Of a DNA stretch of 42,701 bases, positions 10,936 through 19,398 are shown one piece after another. Position 1 is the stretch's first letter, and every line of letters starts with the position of its first letter. Under the pieces are notes generated by a model. The model was given only the letters and a program-made list of their open reading frames with translations. It was not told where the DNA came from and made no database searches. The translations under genes and the position numbers were made by a program. This stretch comes from Promethearchaeota archaeon. GTDB lineage: Archaea > Asgardarchaeota > Lokiarchaeia > Sigyniarchaeales > SOKP01. The stretch spans positions 1 to 42,701 of the forward strand of contig JAEOTA010000009.1 in the NCBI GenBank assembly GCA_016840085.1, written 5' to 3'.

Positions 10936-11088
10936 AAATGGTATTGTTACGGTTGAATTCTCAATCATTTTCAATATTTCCCCATGTTCTTTGACTTCAA
11001 CTTGATCAATTAAATCATCTTTTGTAAGACCACGCTCATCAAGTGATTTCTTATCAACATAAATATCTAAATCTATGTTTTTGAATAA
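10933..11088 (-). pseudogene. C-terminal remnant of a DsrF/TusC (DsrE-like) gene
   Basis: Reads LFKNIDLDIYVDKKSLDERGLTKDDLIDQVEVKEHGEILKMIENSTVTIPF*. The YVDxxSLxERGL motif fits the DsrE/F fold. In-frame TAA at 11089-11091 and no start codon ahead of the motif. Confidence 0.75.
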
Positions 11089-11239
11089 TTATTCATATCA
11101 ATTATTTAAAAAACTTGTATTAGATAATCAAAATGAATCAGAACCTTTTAATAAAGTTATGAATACACTATCTCAACTAAATATTTTAAAATTAAATTAG
11201 CTAATTTTAAAGAAAAAAATAAAAAAAATTTGATATAAA

Positions 11240-12562
11240 ATGGCAGTAAAAGTAGCATTCTGGCAAAATTCTGATTGCTGGGGTTGCCATCAATCCTTAT
11301 TAAATGCACATTTAGGGTTGTTGCCAATACTTCCAGCGTTAGATATCGTCTATTGGCCAGCTGTGGTCGATTTTAAATTTGATTCATTGAAGAATAGAAA
11401 TAACGGTGAAATTTTAGTAGGCTTTATCGAAGGGACAATTCGTACAAAAGAAGATGAAGAAGGCGTCAAATTAATGAGACAAAAATGTGCACTAATTATA
11501 GCCTTTGGAAGCTGTGCTTGCTATGGAAATGTTCATGGTTTAGCTAATCAATGGAATAAAGATGATTTGGTCAAAAGGAAATTTTCTGAAGTTGAAAGCA
11601 TAGCAGATGGAAGTGGTGGTGAACCTTCTCAACATATGCCTGGTTTCTCTGAAAAAGTAGTGAATGTTGATGATATTATACCCGTTGATGCCTATATCGC
11701 AGGATGTCCTCCAAAACCAGAGCAAATAATTAGTGCTGTAGCTTTCTTATTAGGGCAAAAGCCATTTCCAATGAATGATTTAGCATTCTGTAATGACTGC
11801 ACTATAAAGGATAATTGCTTATTAGATGCTGGAAAGTTATGTTTTGGTTCAATTACCAGTATTGGTTGTAGTTTAAAATGCACAAGTCAAGGTAATCCTT
11901 GTGTAGGATGTTTTGGACCAGCAAAAACAGTAGATTCTAGAGCGGATAAGTTAAACGATATGACAAAGAATCTCGAAACCCTAAGATCTGGAAACAAGAA
12001 AAATTTATACGAATTTTTATCATTATTCTTGAATGTCCCATTAATGGCAGGATTTGATCTTGCGGGAGATATTCTGAAACAGGTTAAAAAGACAGGAAGT
12101 CAAAAAACTCCATTAGCAAACCTTCCTCCTGATACAGAACAAATTGCTAATAATATTATGCGATACTTAAGGGATCATCGAGAGTTTCATGAAGTTTCAA
12201 ATGTATGTGATACGTGCGATAGAATTATTGGAAGCAAATCTACTATGATAAGAGTCAAGAGAGATTATGAAGGTCTTCCTAACTTAGAGGATTGTTTAAT
12301 AGAGCAAGGTTATATCTGTATGGGCCCTATTACCAGAGCTGGTTGTGGTGGTTTATGCATTAAGGTAAATGCTCCATGTACAGGATGTTATGGTCACACC
12401 AAATGGGGTGTCGACCAAGCAGAACGATTTGCTGATGAAGTAACAAAAGGCTTTAATGTAAATATTTCAAAAGAAGAATTACTTGGACAAGTAAAAGATC
12501 ATATTGGAACTTTTGAAAAATTTACTTTAGCTTCAAATCGAACATATAAAGGAGGGGTATAG
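11240..12562 (+). CDS. vhuG: F420-non-reducing [NiFe] hydrogenase small subunit (VhuG/MvhG) with a duplicated C-terminal Fe-S module
   Basis: CWGC, AFGSCACYG, IAGCPP, and two copies of a CxxC...CL..G.LC.G.IT..GC...C.....PC.GC[FY]G module. Confidence 0.9.
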   Translation: MAVKVAFWQNSDCWGCHQSLLNAHLGLLPILPALDIVYWPAVVDFKFDSLKNRNNGEILVGFIEGTIRTKEDEEGVKLMRQKCALIIAFGSCACYGNVHGLANQWNKDDLVKRKFSEVESIADGSGGEPSQHMPGFSEKVVNVDDIIPVDAYIAGCPPKPEQIISAVAFLLGQKPFPMNDLAFCNDCTIKDNCLLDAGKLCFGSITSIGCSLKCTSQGNPCVGCFGPAKTVDSRADKLNDMTKNLETLRSGNKKNLYEFLSLFLNVPLMAGFDLAGDILKQVKKTGSQKTPLANLPPDTEQIANNIMRYLRDHREFHEVSNVCDTCDRIIGSKSTMIRVKRDYEGLPNLEDCLIEQGYICMGPITRAGCGGLCIKVNAPCTGCYGHTKWGVDQAERFADEVTKGFNVNISKEELLGQVKDHIGTFEKFTLASNRTYKGGV

Positions 12563-12566
12563 AAAA

Positions 12567-13871
12567 ATGGTTAAAGAAATAGAAGTAGAACCTATTACTC
12601 GATTAGAAGGGCATGGAGGATTGAGGCTTGTTTTAGGTGATGATGGAAAAGTTCAAGATGTTCAATTTAATATTACTTCTACAAGATTTTTTGAGAAATT
12701 TGTAGAAGGCAGATATTGTGAACATATTCCTCGTATTACACCACGGATTTGTGGTATTTGTCCGATACCTCATCATCTAACACCCACAAAAGCTGTTGAA
12801 GATGCGTGGGGCGTTGAAATTCCTCCTGCTGCATATAAGTTGCGACAACTATTACAAAACGCAAAACAATATTCTTCACATCTATTACATTTTTATGCAT
12901 TAGCAGCGCCAGATTTCTTGTTAGGCCCTTTTGCAGATCCCGCATTAAGAAACGTAGTACATGTAATTAATAAAATGCCTGATGTCGGAGCAATGGCTCT
13001 TAAAATGATGGATTTTGGCCAAAAACTATGTGCAGCAATAGGAGGTAAGTCAGTTCATCCTATCAGCGCAATAGTAGGAGGTATGAAAAAACCTCTAGAT
13101 GAAGATGTCCGTGATAAATTTTTAAAAGAGATTGATGACCAAATTGAATTTACTAAAAAAACAGTTGATATCGGATTAAAAGTAGTAGAAGATTATTGGG
13201 ATGTCGTTGCAAATGTAGGAGTAGTTCCTACGTACTATGTTGGTATGACTAAAAATGGCGTTCATGATATTTATGATGGGGATATTCGTATAGTAACCCC
13301 TGATGGAAAAAAGATAGATTATACTCCTCAAAAGTATTTGGATGCTTTAGGAGAACATATTCCAGAACATTCATACGCAACTCATATGTATTATAAGCCC
13401 GCAGGATATCCAGAAGGGATATATCGAGCAAATACATTGGCAATGATCAATGCTGCAGATAAAATGGCAACACCATTGGCGGATGAGGCTTTAAAAGCCT
13501 TTAGAGCCAAAATAGGACCAATTTCACATCATACATTTGCATATCATTGGGCTAGATTAATTGAAACAGTTGAATCAATTGAAGTTATCGCAACATTACT
13601 TAAAGACCCTGATATTGTAAATCCAGATTGTAAAACTTTGGATGTAGAACCAAGAGAGGGTGATGGTGTTGGTATTACAGAAGCACCGAGAGGATTATTG
13701 CTCTACCATATCTGGTCAGATGCAGAAGGAATCTGTAAAAAAGCTAATCTCTTAGTCGCAACAAATCATAATATCGCAGGTATTGAAAAGTCTTTGATGC
13801 ATGTTGCAAAACAAGTATTTGAAGATAAGGCATTAGATGGTCTAAAATTACCAGACCCTTGGATCAAATAA
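12567..13871 (+). CDS. vhuA: F420-non-reducing hydrogenase large subunit, split type lacking the C-terminal Ni-binding motif
   Basis: EPITRLEGHG, RFFEKFVEGR, L1 motif RICGICP, EAPRGLL. Ends LPDPWIK without DPCxxCxxH. Confidence 0.93.
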   Translation: MVKEIEVEPITRLEGHGGLRLVLGDDGKVQDVQFNITSTRFFEKFVEGRYCEHIPRITPRICGICPIPHHLTPTKAVEDAWGVEIPPAAYKLRQLLQNAKQYSSHLLHFYALAAPDFLLGPFADPALRNVVHVINKMPDVGAMALKMMDFGQKLCAAIGGKSVHPISAIVGGMKKPLDEDVRDKFLKEIDDQIEFTKKTVDIGLKVVEDYWDVVANVGVVPTYYVGMTKNGVHDIYDGDIRIVTPDGKKIDYTPQKYLDALGEHIPEHSYATHMYYKPAGYPEGIYRANTLAMINAADKMATPLADEALKAFRAKIGPISHHTFAYHWARLIETVESIEVIATLLKDPDIVNPDCKTLDVEPREGDGVGITEAPRGLLLYHIWSDAEGICKKANLLVATNHNIAGIEKSLMHVAKQVFEDKALDGLKLPDPWIK

Positions 13872-13906
13872 ATATATTGAAATTAAAGGAAAAAGTGAAT
13901 AAAAAA

Positions 13907-14056
13907 ATGAGTGATGTACCTGAAGGTGTGGTAAATCTCTTAGAAATGGTAGTTCGCTGTTTTGATTGCTGACTATCGTGTGCTGCCCACATCACAGTAG
14001 TTGATGAGGAAGGCACTGAGATTTACTCTCGAAAATTGAACGTAGGCTTAGGTTGA
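13907..14056 (+). CDS. vhuU: Selenoprotein VhuU, the separately encoded C-terminal peptide of the large subunit; Sec at TGA 13970-13972
   Basis: MSDVPEGVVNLLEMVVRCFDC-U-LSCAAH-ITVVDEEGTEIYSRKLNVGLG*. The TGA sits at the first Cys position of the L2 motif that vhuA lacks, and a SECIS-like hairpin follows. Confidence 0.93.
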
Positions 14057-14112
14057 TTGTTCAATAAAAATATTAGATTGAACATGACTGCCCACGCAAG
14101 GGTTAAAGCCTA
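14043..14112 (+). promoter_or_regulatory. Eukaryote-like SECIS element of vhuU
   Basis: Helix I TAGGCTT(14043-49)/AAGCCTA(14106-12). Core TGAT(14054-57)/TGAC(14085-88) gives tandem G.A/A.G pairs. Helix II TGTTCAAT(14058-65)/ATTGAACA(14077-84) with apical loop starting AAAAA. Confidence 0.8.
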
Positions 14113-14163
14113 TAAATTTAAAAAACAAAGATGAAAAAATACAAAAAAAAGGAGAAATGAGAA

Positions 14164-14670
14164 ATGGAAATAAATTTTGAGTTTAGAAAACTGGTAATGG
14201 ACCATCATATTGAGCCTGATTTAATAAAATATTGTTATCAATGCAGTCGATGTGCCGATAATTGTCCTGTAACAGCAGTAACAGAGGATTTCTATGGTAC
14301 GACAGGATATAATCCTAGAACAAACATTCTTAGGGCTCTTTTAGGGTATAAAAATTTACTTCTTGAACAAGATGATTTGGTAATATGGGGTTGTACTGTA
14401 TGTGATACATGTGATGAAGTGTGCCCTCAGAATATTGAGCTTACAGAGATCTTTACATTCTTGAAAAATCAAAGTATTGATTTAGGGAAGGGTCCAGATT
14501 TCATTTATTCGCAAGCACAAGCGGTTTTCGACAGTGCTAAAGCAATTCCTTCACAACCGGCAATTGAAAGAAGGAGAGATCAGCTAGGTTTACCAAAAGT
14601 AGTAGCACCAGATGTAGAGGAAATACAAACATTACTAAAAAATATTGGAGCAAATAAAAAATTAAAATAA
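14164..14670 (+). CDS. hdrC: Heterodisulfide reductase subunit C
   Basis: Two ferredoxin motifs, CYQCSRCADNCP and WGCTVCDTCDEVCP; directly upstream of hdrB. Confidence 0.92.
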   Translation: MEINFEFRKLVMDHHIEPDLIKYCYQCSRCADNCPVTAVTEDFYGTTGYNPRTNILRALLGYKNLLLEQDDLVIWGCTVCDTCDEVCPQNIELTEIFTFLKNQSIDLGKGPDFIYSQAQAVFDSAKAIPSQPAIERRRDQLGLPKVVAPDVEEIQTLLKNIGANKKLK

Positions 14671-14689
14671 TTCGAGGGTAAGATAAAAA

Positions 14690-15568
14690 ATGACCGAATA
14701 TAAAATGTTTGAAGGATGTACAATTGGTAATAGAATTCCCTTTATTGAAGCTGCTTCAAGAAAAGTATTTGATAAACTTGGTGTAGAAACATCTGAAGCA
14801 CCATTTTCATGTTGTCCAGATCCAACTGGGGTAAAAAGTTTTGATAATGATGCTTGGTTAGTAATTGGAGCTCGAAATCTTTGTCTAGCTGAAGCAGAGG
14901 GGAAGAATATTGTATCTTTATGTAATGGTTGTGCTAATACTTTAAGAGGCGTGAAACATCAATTAGAGCATAATAACTTGATAAAAGAAAAGGTTAATTC
15001 AGAGCTGGCAAAAATCGGAAAGGAATTTAAAGGTTCTATAGATGTGAAACATTTTGTTGATGTACTAAAAGATGAAGTGGGTATGGATAAGATCAAAGGG
15101 GCTATTACTAAACCATTAAATAGTATAAAAGTAGCTTGTCATCCAGGATGCCATTACATGCGTCCAGCAGAATGGATGGAATCTGATGATCCTATGAGAC
15201 CTGAAAATCTAAAAAAACTGGTTGCTGCAACTGGTGCTACAGTTGTTGATTATGATGAATTAGCTCTTTGTTGTGGCTCAGCTGTCACAAACGCTTATGA
15301 AGAATATGGTTTGGCAAATTTAAAGAAGAAGATGGATAGTATTAAAAAAACTGGTGCGGATGTTATTGTTGTAAATTGTCCTTCATGTTTCCAGCAATTT
15401 GATACTATGCAACGTGACCTAGGTAAGAAATTCGATACTGAATATGGCATACCAGTGTTATATTTAACAGAGTTGTATGCTTTAGCTATGGGATTTAATC
15501 CTGATGAATTAGGATTAAAGTTCCACAGAGTTCGATTATCAGGAATTCTAGAAAAGCTTGGAATATAG
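14690..15568 (+). CDS. hdrB: Heterodisulfide reductase subunit B
   Basis: Two CCG domains: FEGC..SCCPDP..LCNGC and HPGCH..CCGS..CPSCFQQFD; C-terminal GLKFHRV. Confidence 0.95.
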   Translation: MTEYKMFEGCTIGNRIPFIEAASRKVFDKLGVETSEAPFSCCPDPTGVKSFDNDAWLVIGARNLCLAEAEGKNIVSLCNGCANTLRGVKHQLEHNNLIKEKVNSELAKIGKEFKGSIDVKHFVDVLKDEVGMDKIKGAITKPLNSIKVACHPGCHYMRPAEWMESDDPMRPENLKKLVAATGATVVDYDELALCCGSAVTNAYEEYGLANLKKKMDSIKKTGADVIVVNCPSCFQQFDTMQRDLGKKFDTEYGIPVLYLTELYALAMGFNPDELGLKFHRVRLSGILEKLGI

Positions 15569-15738
15569 ATAAAACAATCTTAAAACTTTTTTATTTTTTT
15601 TATTTTTATTATCATAAACATATTTTTTACGGTTGTAAACTTTAAATATTAAAGAATTATTTAATAAATTGGAAAACCTTAGATATTTAACTAAGGGATT
15701 ATAAGAATATAATAAGAACACCTTAATATACAACAGAG

Positions 15739-16539
15739 ATGGTAATGTATAATTTAAAGCGTGAACCTCCTTGGTTCTTCCATCAAATTGAAAATTATTA
15801 TCATATATTTTTAGACATAAGATTTAATAATAAAAATTATCATGATGAAATGATAAATTTTTCAATAGAGTTAGATGTACAAGGGTTTGAAGGATTATTA
15901 TTCTATATGTATAAACCAGATGTTAGAAAACTTAGATTTGGGCTATACAATCATTCTATTGATCAAATACATGATATCTCAGATCTTACTTACAAATTAA
16001 ATGGGGGTTCGCTTAAGAATCTGGATTTTGTTATAATTCCTTTTGGTTATTTCAAAGATGAGCATAAGTTTAGATTATTTATTAAAACTAAGAAGTTAGA
16101 ACCAAGTTATGATATCCATGCATGGACACCATCTTATCTTTTTAAAAATATCAAATCTGTTATAAAAATTGCCAATCAATATTCAGAGCTAATTCCAATT
16201 GATGATATTAAAGGGTATTATTACCAAGTAGATAGAGCTTTTAAAGGAAATGAAACGGGACGACTCTTCGATTTAATTAATTTTCTTGTCGAACTAGATA
16301 AGAGTGTAGATGAGATTTCAAATGAATCTCTTTTTGAACCTATGGATCGAGATATAAAAGCATTAGTAACTAAAAGTAATGAATTCCTATTTGAACTCAG
16401 TCAAAAATCTGTACCGTTGGGATTGAAAAATATATTAAGAGAGTTAGAAAGATTAAAATTTAACGTAGATAGTTTATCTAAGGAAGAAATATTCAATTGG
16501 CTTGACAATTTAATCGAATTTTATTCAGAAAAACCCTAA
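15739..16539 (+). CDS. Hypothetical protein
   Basis: 266-codon ORF filling the gap with typical codon use; no motif recognised. Confidence 0.7.
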   Translation: MVMYNLKREPPWFFHQIENYYHIFLDIRFNNKNYHDEMINFSIELDVQGFEGLLFYMYKPDVRKLRFGLYNHSIDQIHDISDLTYKLNGGSLKNLDFVIIPFGYFKDEHKFRLFIKTKKLEPSYDIHAWTPSYLFKNIKSVIKIANQYSELIPIDDIKGYYYQVDRAFKGNETGRLFDLINFLVELDKSVDEISNESLFEPMDRDIKALVTKSNEFLFELSQKSVPLGLKNILRELERLKFNVDSLSKEEIFNWLDNLIEFYSEKP

Positions 16540-16596
16540 AACACGAAGTAACGAAATATTAGTCATAGCATCAAGAAAATTAAAAAAAAATTTAGA

Positions 16597-17145
16597 TTAT
16601 TCATTTCGTTTTTTAATCTTGTTTAATAAGAATAGAATTGATGCTATAGCGAAATAAATAATTCCAACAAATAAAAGAATAAATTTCATTGTTGCAAAAA
16701 GTGATGCAGCAAAAGCATTTGAAGCAGCTACGGATGTTGGTGTATCAAGCATTAGAAGAAGATTAACATTTTCTATTACATCAAAGATTCCTGTGAGAAT
16801 TGTAGTTATTGACATATACAGCCCGATTTGTTGGACTTTTTCACCTGATCTTCGTGATATTAACACTATTAAACAAAAAGCTAGTGGAGCATAACCAACT
16901 ATAAATAAGAAGTCCCAATAAATTGCTATTGCTTGATTATTCATCCCCTCAACCCCCCAAGCAGTAAAAATTGTCTCTACTTTATTTTGTGTCCATGCAA
17001 ATTCGAAGTCCAAAATTCCATACGTTGAAGCTTCAATAGGCATAAAAACCAAAAATTCAATTAATAGAACTATTAAAAGACAAATTAATGCGGTTATAAT
17101 TAGAAATTTATCTTTTGGAGTTTCTTTCAATTTATTTAGGATCAT
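16597..17145 (-). CDS. Hypothetical membrane protein (about 4 TM helices)
   Basis: Hydrophobic segments with FEFAW, DFLFIVGY and FDVIENV..LL motifs. Confidence 0.8.
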   Translation of the reverse strand: MILNKLKETPKDKFLIITALICLLIVLLIEFLVFMPIEASTYGILDFEFAWTQNKVETIFTAWGVEGMNNQAIAIYWDFLFIVGYAPLAFCLIVLISRRSGEKVQQIGLYMSITTILTGIFDVIENVNLLLMLDTPTSVAASNAFAASLFATMKFILLFVGIIYFAIASILFLLNKIKKRNE

Positions 17146-17315
17146 TTTATATTTTCACTTATCAAAATCTTGAATTTATAAGGCGTATTAAATTAATTGA
17201 TTTTAATTCTATAATTCTTAATATTAAAAACTTCTCTTTTGACAAGTAATCATTAATTTTATTTATCTCATAATATTACTATAAATAATTAGTTCTAAAT
17301 TGCTAAAATATTATA

Positions 17316-17558
17316 ATGTGCCTAGCAATCCCCGGAAAAATTTTAGAAATAAATGAAAATTCAGCATTAGTAGATTTCGATGGCATTAAACAAAAAGTAA
17401 TTATCGCATTAATTCAAAATCCAGAGATAGGAAAATTTGTTATAGTGCATGCGGGGTATGCAATCGAAATGATGAATGAAAAAGACGCATTAGATGCAAT
17501 AGAACAATGGAAAGAGATGTCCGAAGAACTCGGAATGGATATTGAAGATATATTATAA
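17316..17558 (+). CDS. hypC: Hydrogenase chaperone HypC
   Basis: MCLAIPGKI and VIVHAGYAI. Confidence 0.96.
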   Translation: MCLAIPGKILEINENSALVDFDGIKQKVIIALIQNPEIGKFVIVHAGYAIEMMNEKDALDAIEQWKEMSEELGMDIEDIL

Positions 17559-18356
17559 ATCAAACAACTCATCTTTTAACTGCTTTAATTTTAAATAAAG
17601 CGATTTTATCGCACCTAATCCTTTTGAATCAGGATTAAAATCTATTGGAGATTCACCATTTAAATCGGCTTTTCCTATCTCAGAATCAAAAGGAATCGTG
17701 TGATAAAGGGGAACTCCCCAATCTTGAACTCTTTGATTTATTATTTCTAATTGTGAATCATCAAAAACCTTGTTTGCAATCAAAAAAATGTTAATTATTC
17801 CTAATTTTTTTGACAAATCAATTATCTTGGAGCATAGGTCTAATGATTTTTGAGAAGGTTCAGTTATTACTAACATTACATCTATACCTTTTGCAGTTCC
17901 TCTCCCGAGATGTTCTAATCCCGCTTCAAAATCCACAATTATAACTTCATCTCTTTTAACAAATAAGTTATATAATAGTGTTCTTATTAGCGCATTTTCA
18001 GGACATAAACATCCCGTAGCAGGTTCTTCAATAGAGCCAAGTACTAAAAGCTGTATACCATCTGGGCCCGTAACCTTATATTTATCTGGAATATCAGAAA
18101 CTTCGGGGTTAATATTATAAATTCCGGGTCCCCCTCCTTTTACAGAAACTCTCTCTTCAATGAGATTCTTCATTTCAGAAATAGGTATGATTTTCTCTTT
18201 TAATTCTTTATCAATTCCTAAAGTATAACTCAGATTCATAGCAGAATCATTATCTATTGCCAAAACATTGAATCCTTCCTTGGCAAATAACCTTGCTAAA
18301 GTTCCAGCTATTAAAGTTTTTCCAACGCCACCTTTTCCTGAAACAGCTATTTTCAT
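17553..18356 (-). CDS. cooC: CooC-family nickel-insertion ATPase
   Basis: MKIAVSGKGGVGKT, GCLCPEN (CxC), DFEAGLEHLGRGTA. ATG at 18356 preferred over TTG 18365. Confidence 0.88.
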   Translation of the reverse strand: MKIAVSGKGGVGKTLIAGTLARLFAKEGFNVLAIDNDSAMNLSYTLGIDKELKEKIIPISEMKNLIEERVSVKGGGPGIYNINPEVSDIPDKYKVTGPDGIQLLVLGSIEEPATGCLCPENALIRTLLYNLFVKRDEVIIVDFEAGLEHLGRGTAKGIDVMLVITEPSQKSLDLCSKIIDLSKKLGIINIFLIANKVFDDSQLEIINQRVQDWGVPLYHTIPFDSEIGKADLNGESPIDFNPDSKGLGAIKSLYLKLKQLKDELFDL

Positions 18357-18563
18357 TGGTATCAAAAATGAAATTTTTTGCTTAATTCATTTAGGAATTT
18401 CTTAGATATGAATTTCACGATTAATATTCAGAACTAGATTCTTTAAAATTATAACAATAATAGATTTATCAACCTAAATAATTTTTAAAAGTGTAGAACA
18501 TAATTTATACATATCATATATCGATTAATTATCTAATATTAAACTCCAAGATTATTAATTATT

Positions 18564-19391
18564 ATGACAGAATCAAGAAATAGAGGGATTAGTCCTAAAA
18601 ATGAAGTGGAACACGCATATTTCAGCGGTATGATTATCCAACGTGTGCGAGATTTCGTTAAAAATGATAATGTTAAAGAACTTATCAATTGGGGCTATGG
18701 ACCACGAAGCAAATCAACACTTGATCCTAAAACAGTAAAGATTAGAGGAGATATGGGTACAAACGGTATTTTTGCAGCATTTACTCCTACAAATATTGAT
18801 CTTTACCAATCATTCTTACCGAAACATCTCCTAATGCCTGAGCAACCTACTGTTTCCTTAGTTACAGTTGATTATAACACGGGAAATTCAGTGACTCGCT
18901 ATAATGAAGGTATGGTAATGATCAAGGGTAGATGCCCTAATGATGAAGAAACCTATTTTGTATTGGACATGCCAGTTGAGACATGGTTAATGATGGAGAT
19001 GGAAGTTGATTGGGGATTTCCAAAGCGAATTTTTGATATTAAGGTCACACGAGAAAAAACTTTAGCTTTTGATAAAGGAATTACACATTTGGCACTTGAA
19101 CTAGACCCAAATTCCCGTGAAAAAGATAGTGATATTATTATACCTCCAGGAAACGCATGGGGAATTAATAACATGGCTGTTGTTCATCCTATTAGAAAAG
19201 ATGTATTGCTTATATTTTCCTATGGTCCAATAAATGTTCAAGAAAGGATTCAAGGAATGGTTAAAGTTGATGCTGATCGAAAGCAACCCTGGGCAGGATT
19301 GATTCCTGAAGGATTACGTATTCTTGGAGTGTTCCAAAGATATGTACCTTTAGGAGATTCAGTAATAAAGAAGGTCTATTTAAATCGGTGA
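18564..19391 (+). CDS. Acetoacetate decarboxylase-fold protein
   Basis: FLPKHL, RYNEGMVMI and DWGFPK (Schiff-base Lys position of the ADC-like superfamily). Confidence 0.6.
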   Translation: MTESRNRGISPKNEVEHAYFSGMIIQRVRDFVKNDNVKELINWGYGPRSKSTLDPKTVKIRGDMGTNGIFAAFTPTNIDLYQSFLPKHLLMPEQPTVSLVTVDYNTGNSVTRYNEGMVMIKGRCPNDEETYFVLDMPVETWLMMEMEVDWGFPKRIFDIKVTREKTLAFDKGITHLALELDPNSREKDSDIIIPPGNAWGINNMAVVHPIRKDVLLIFSYGPINVQERIQGMVKVDADRKQPWAGLIPEGLRILGVFQRYVPLGDSVIKKVYLNR

Positions 19392-19398
19392 AGTAATT

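Noticed and set aside
14054-14134. Second Sec by readthrough of the vhuU stop UGA
   Set aside because: It lies past the expected cleavage site, runs through the SECIS and an A-rich spacer, and has no redox motif.
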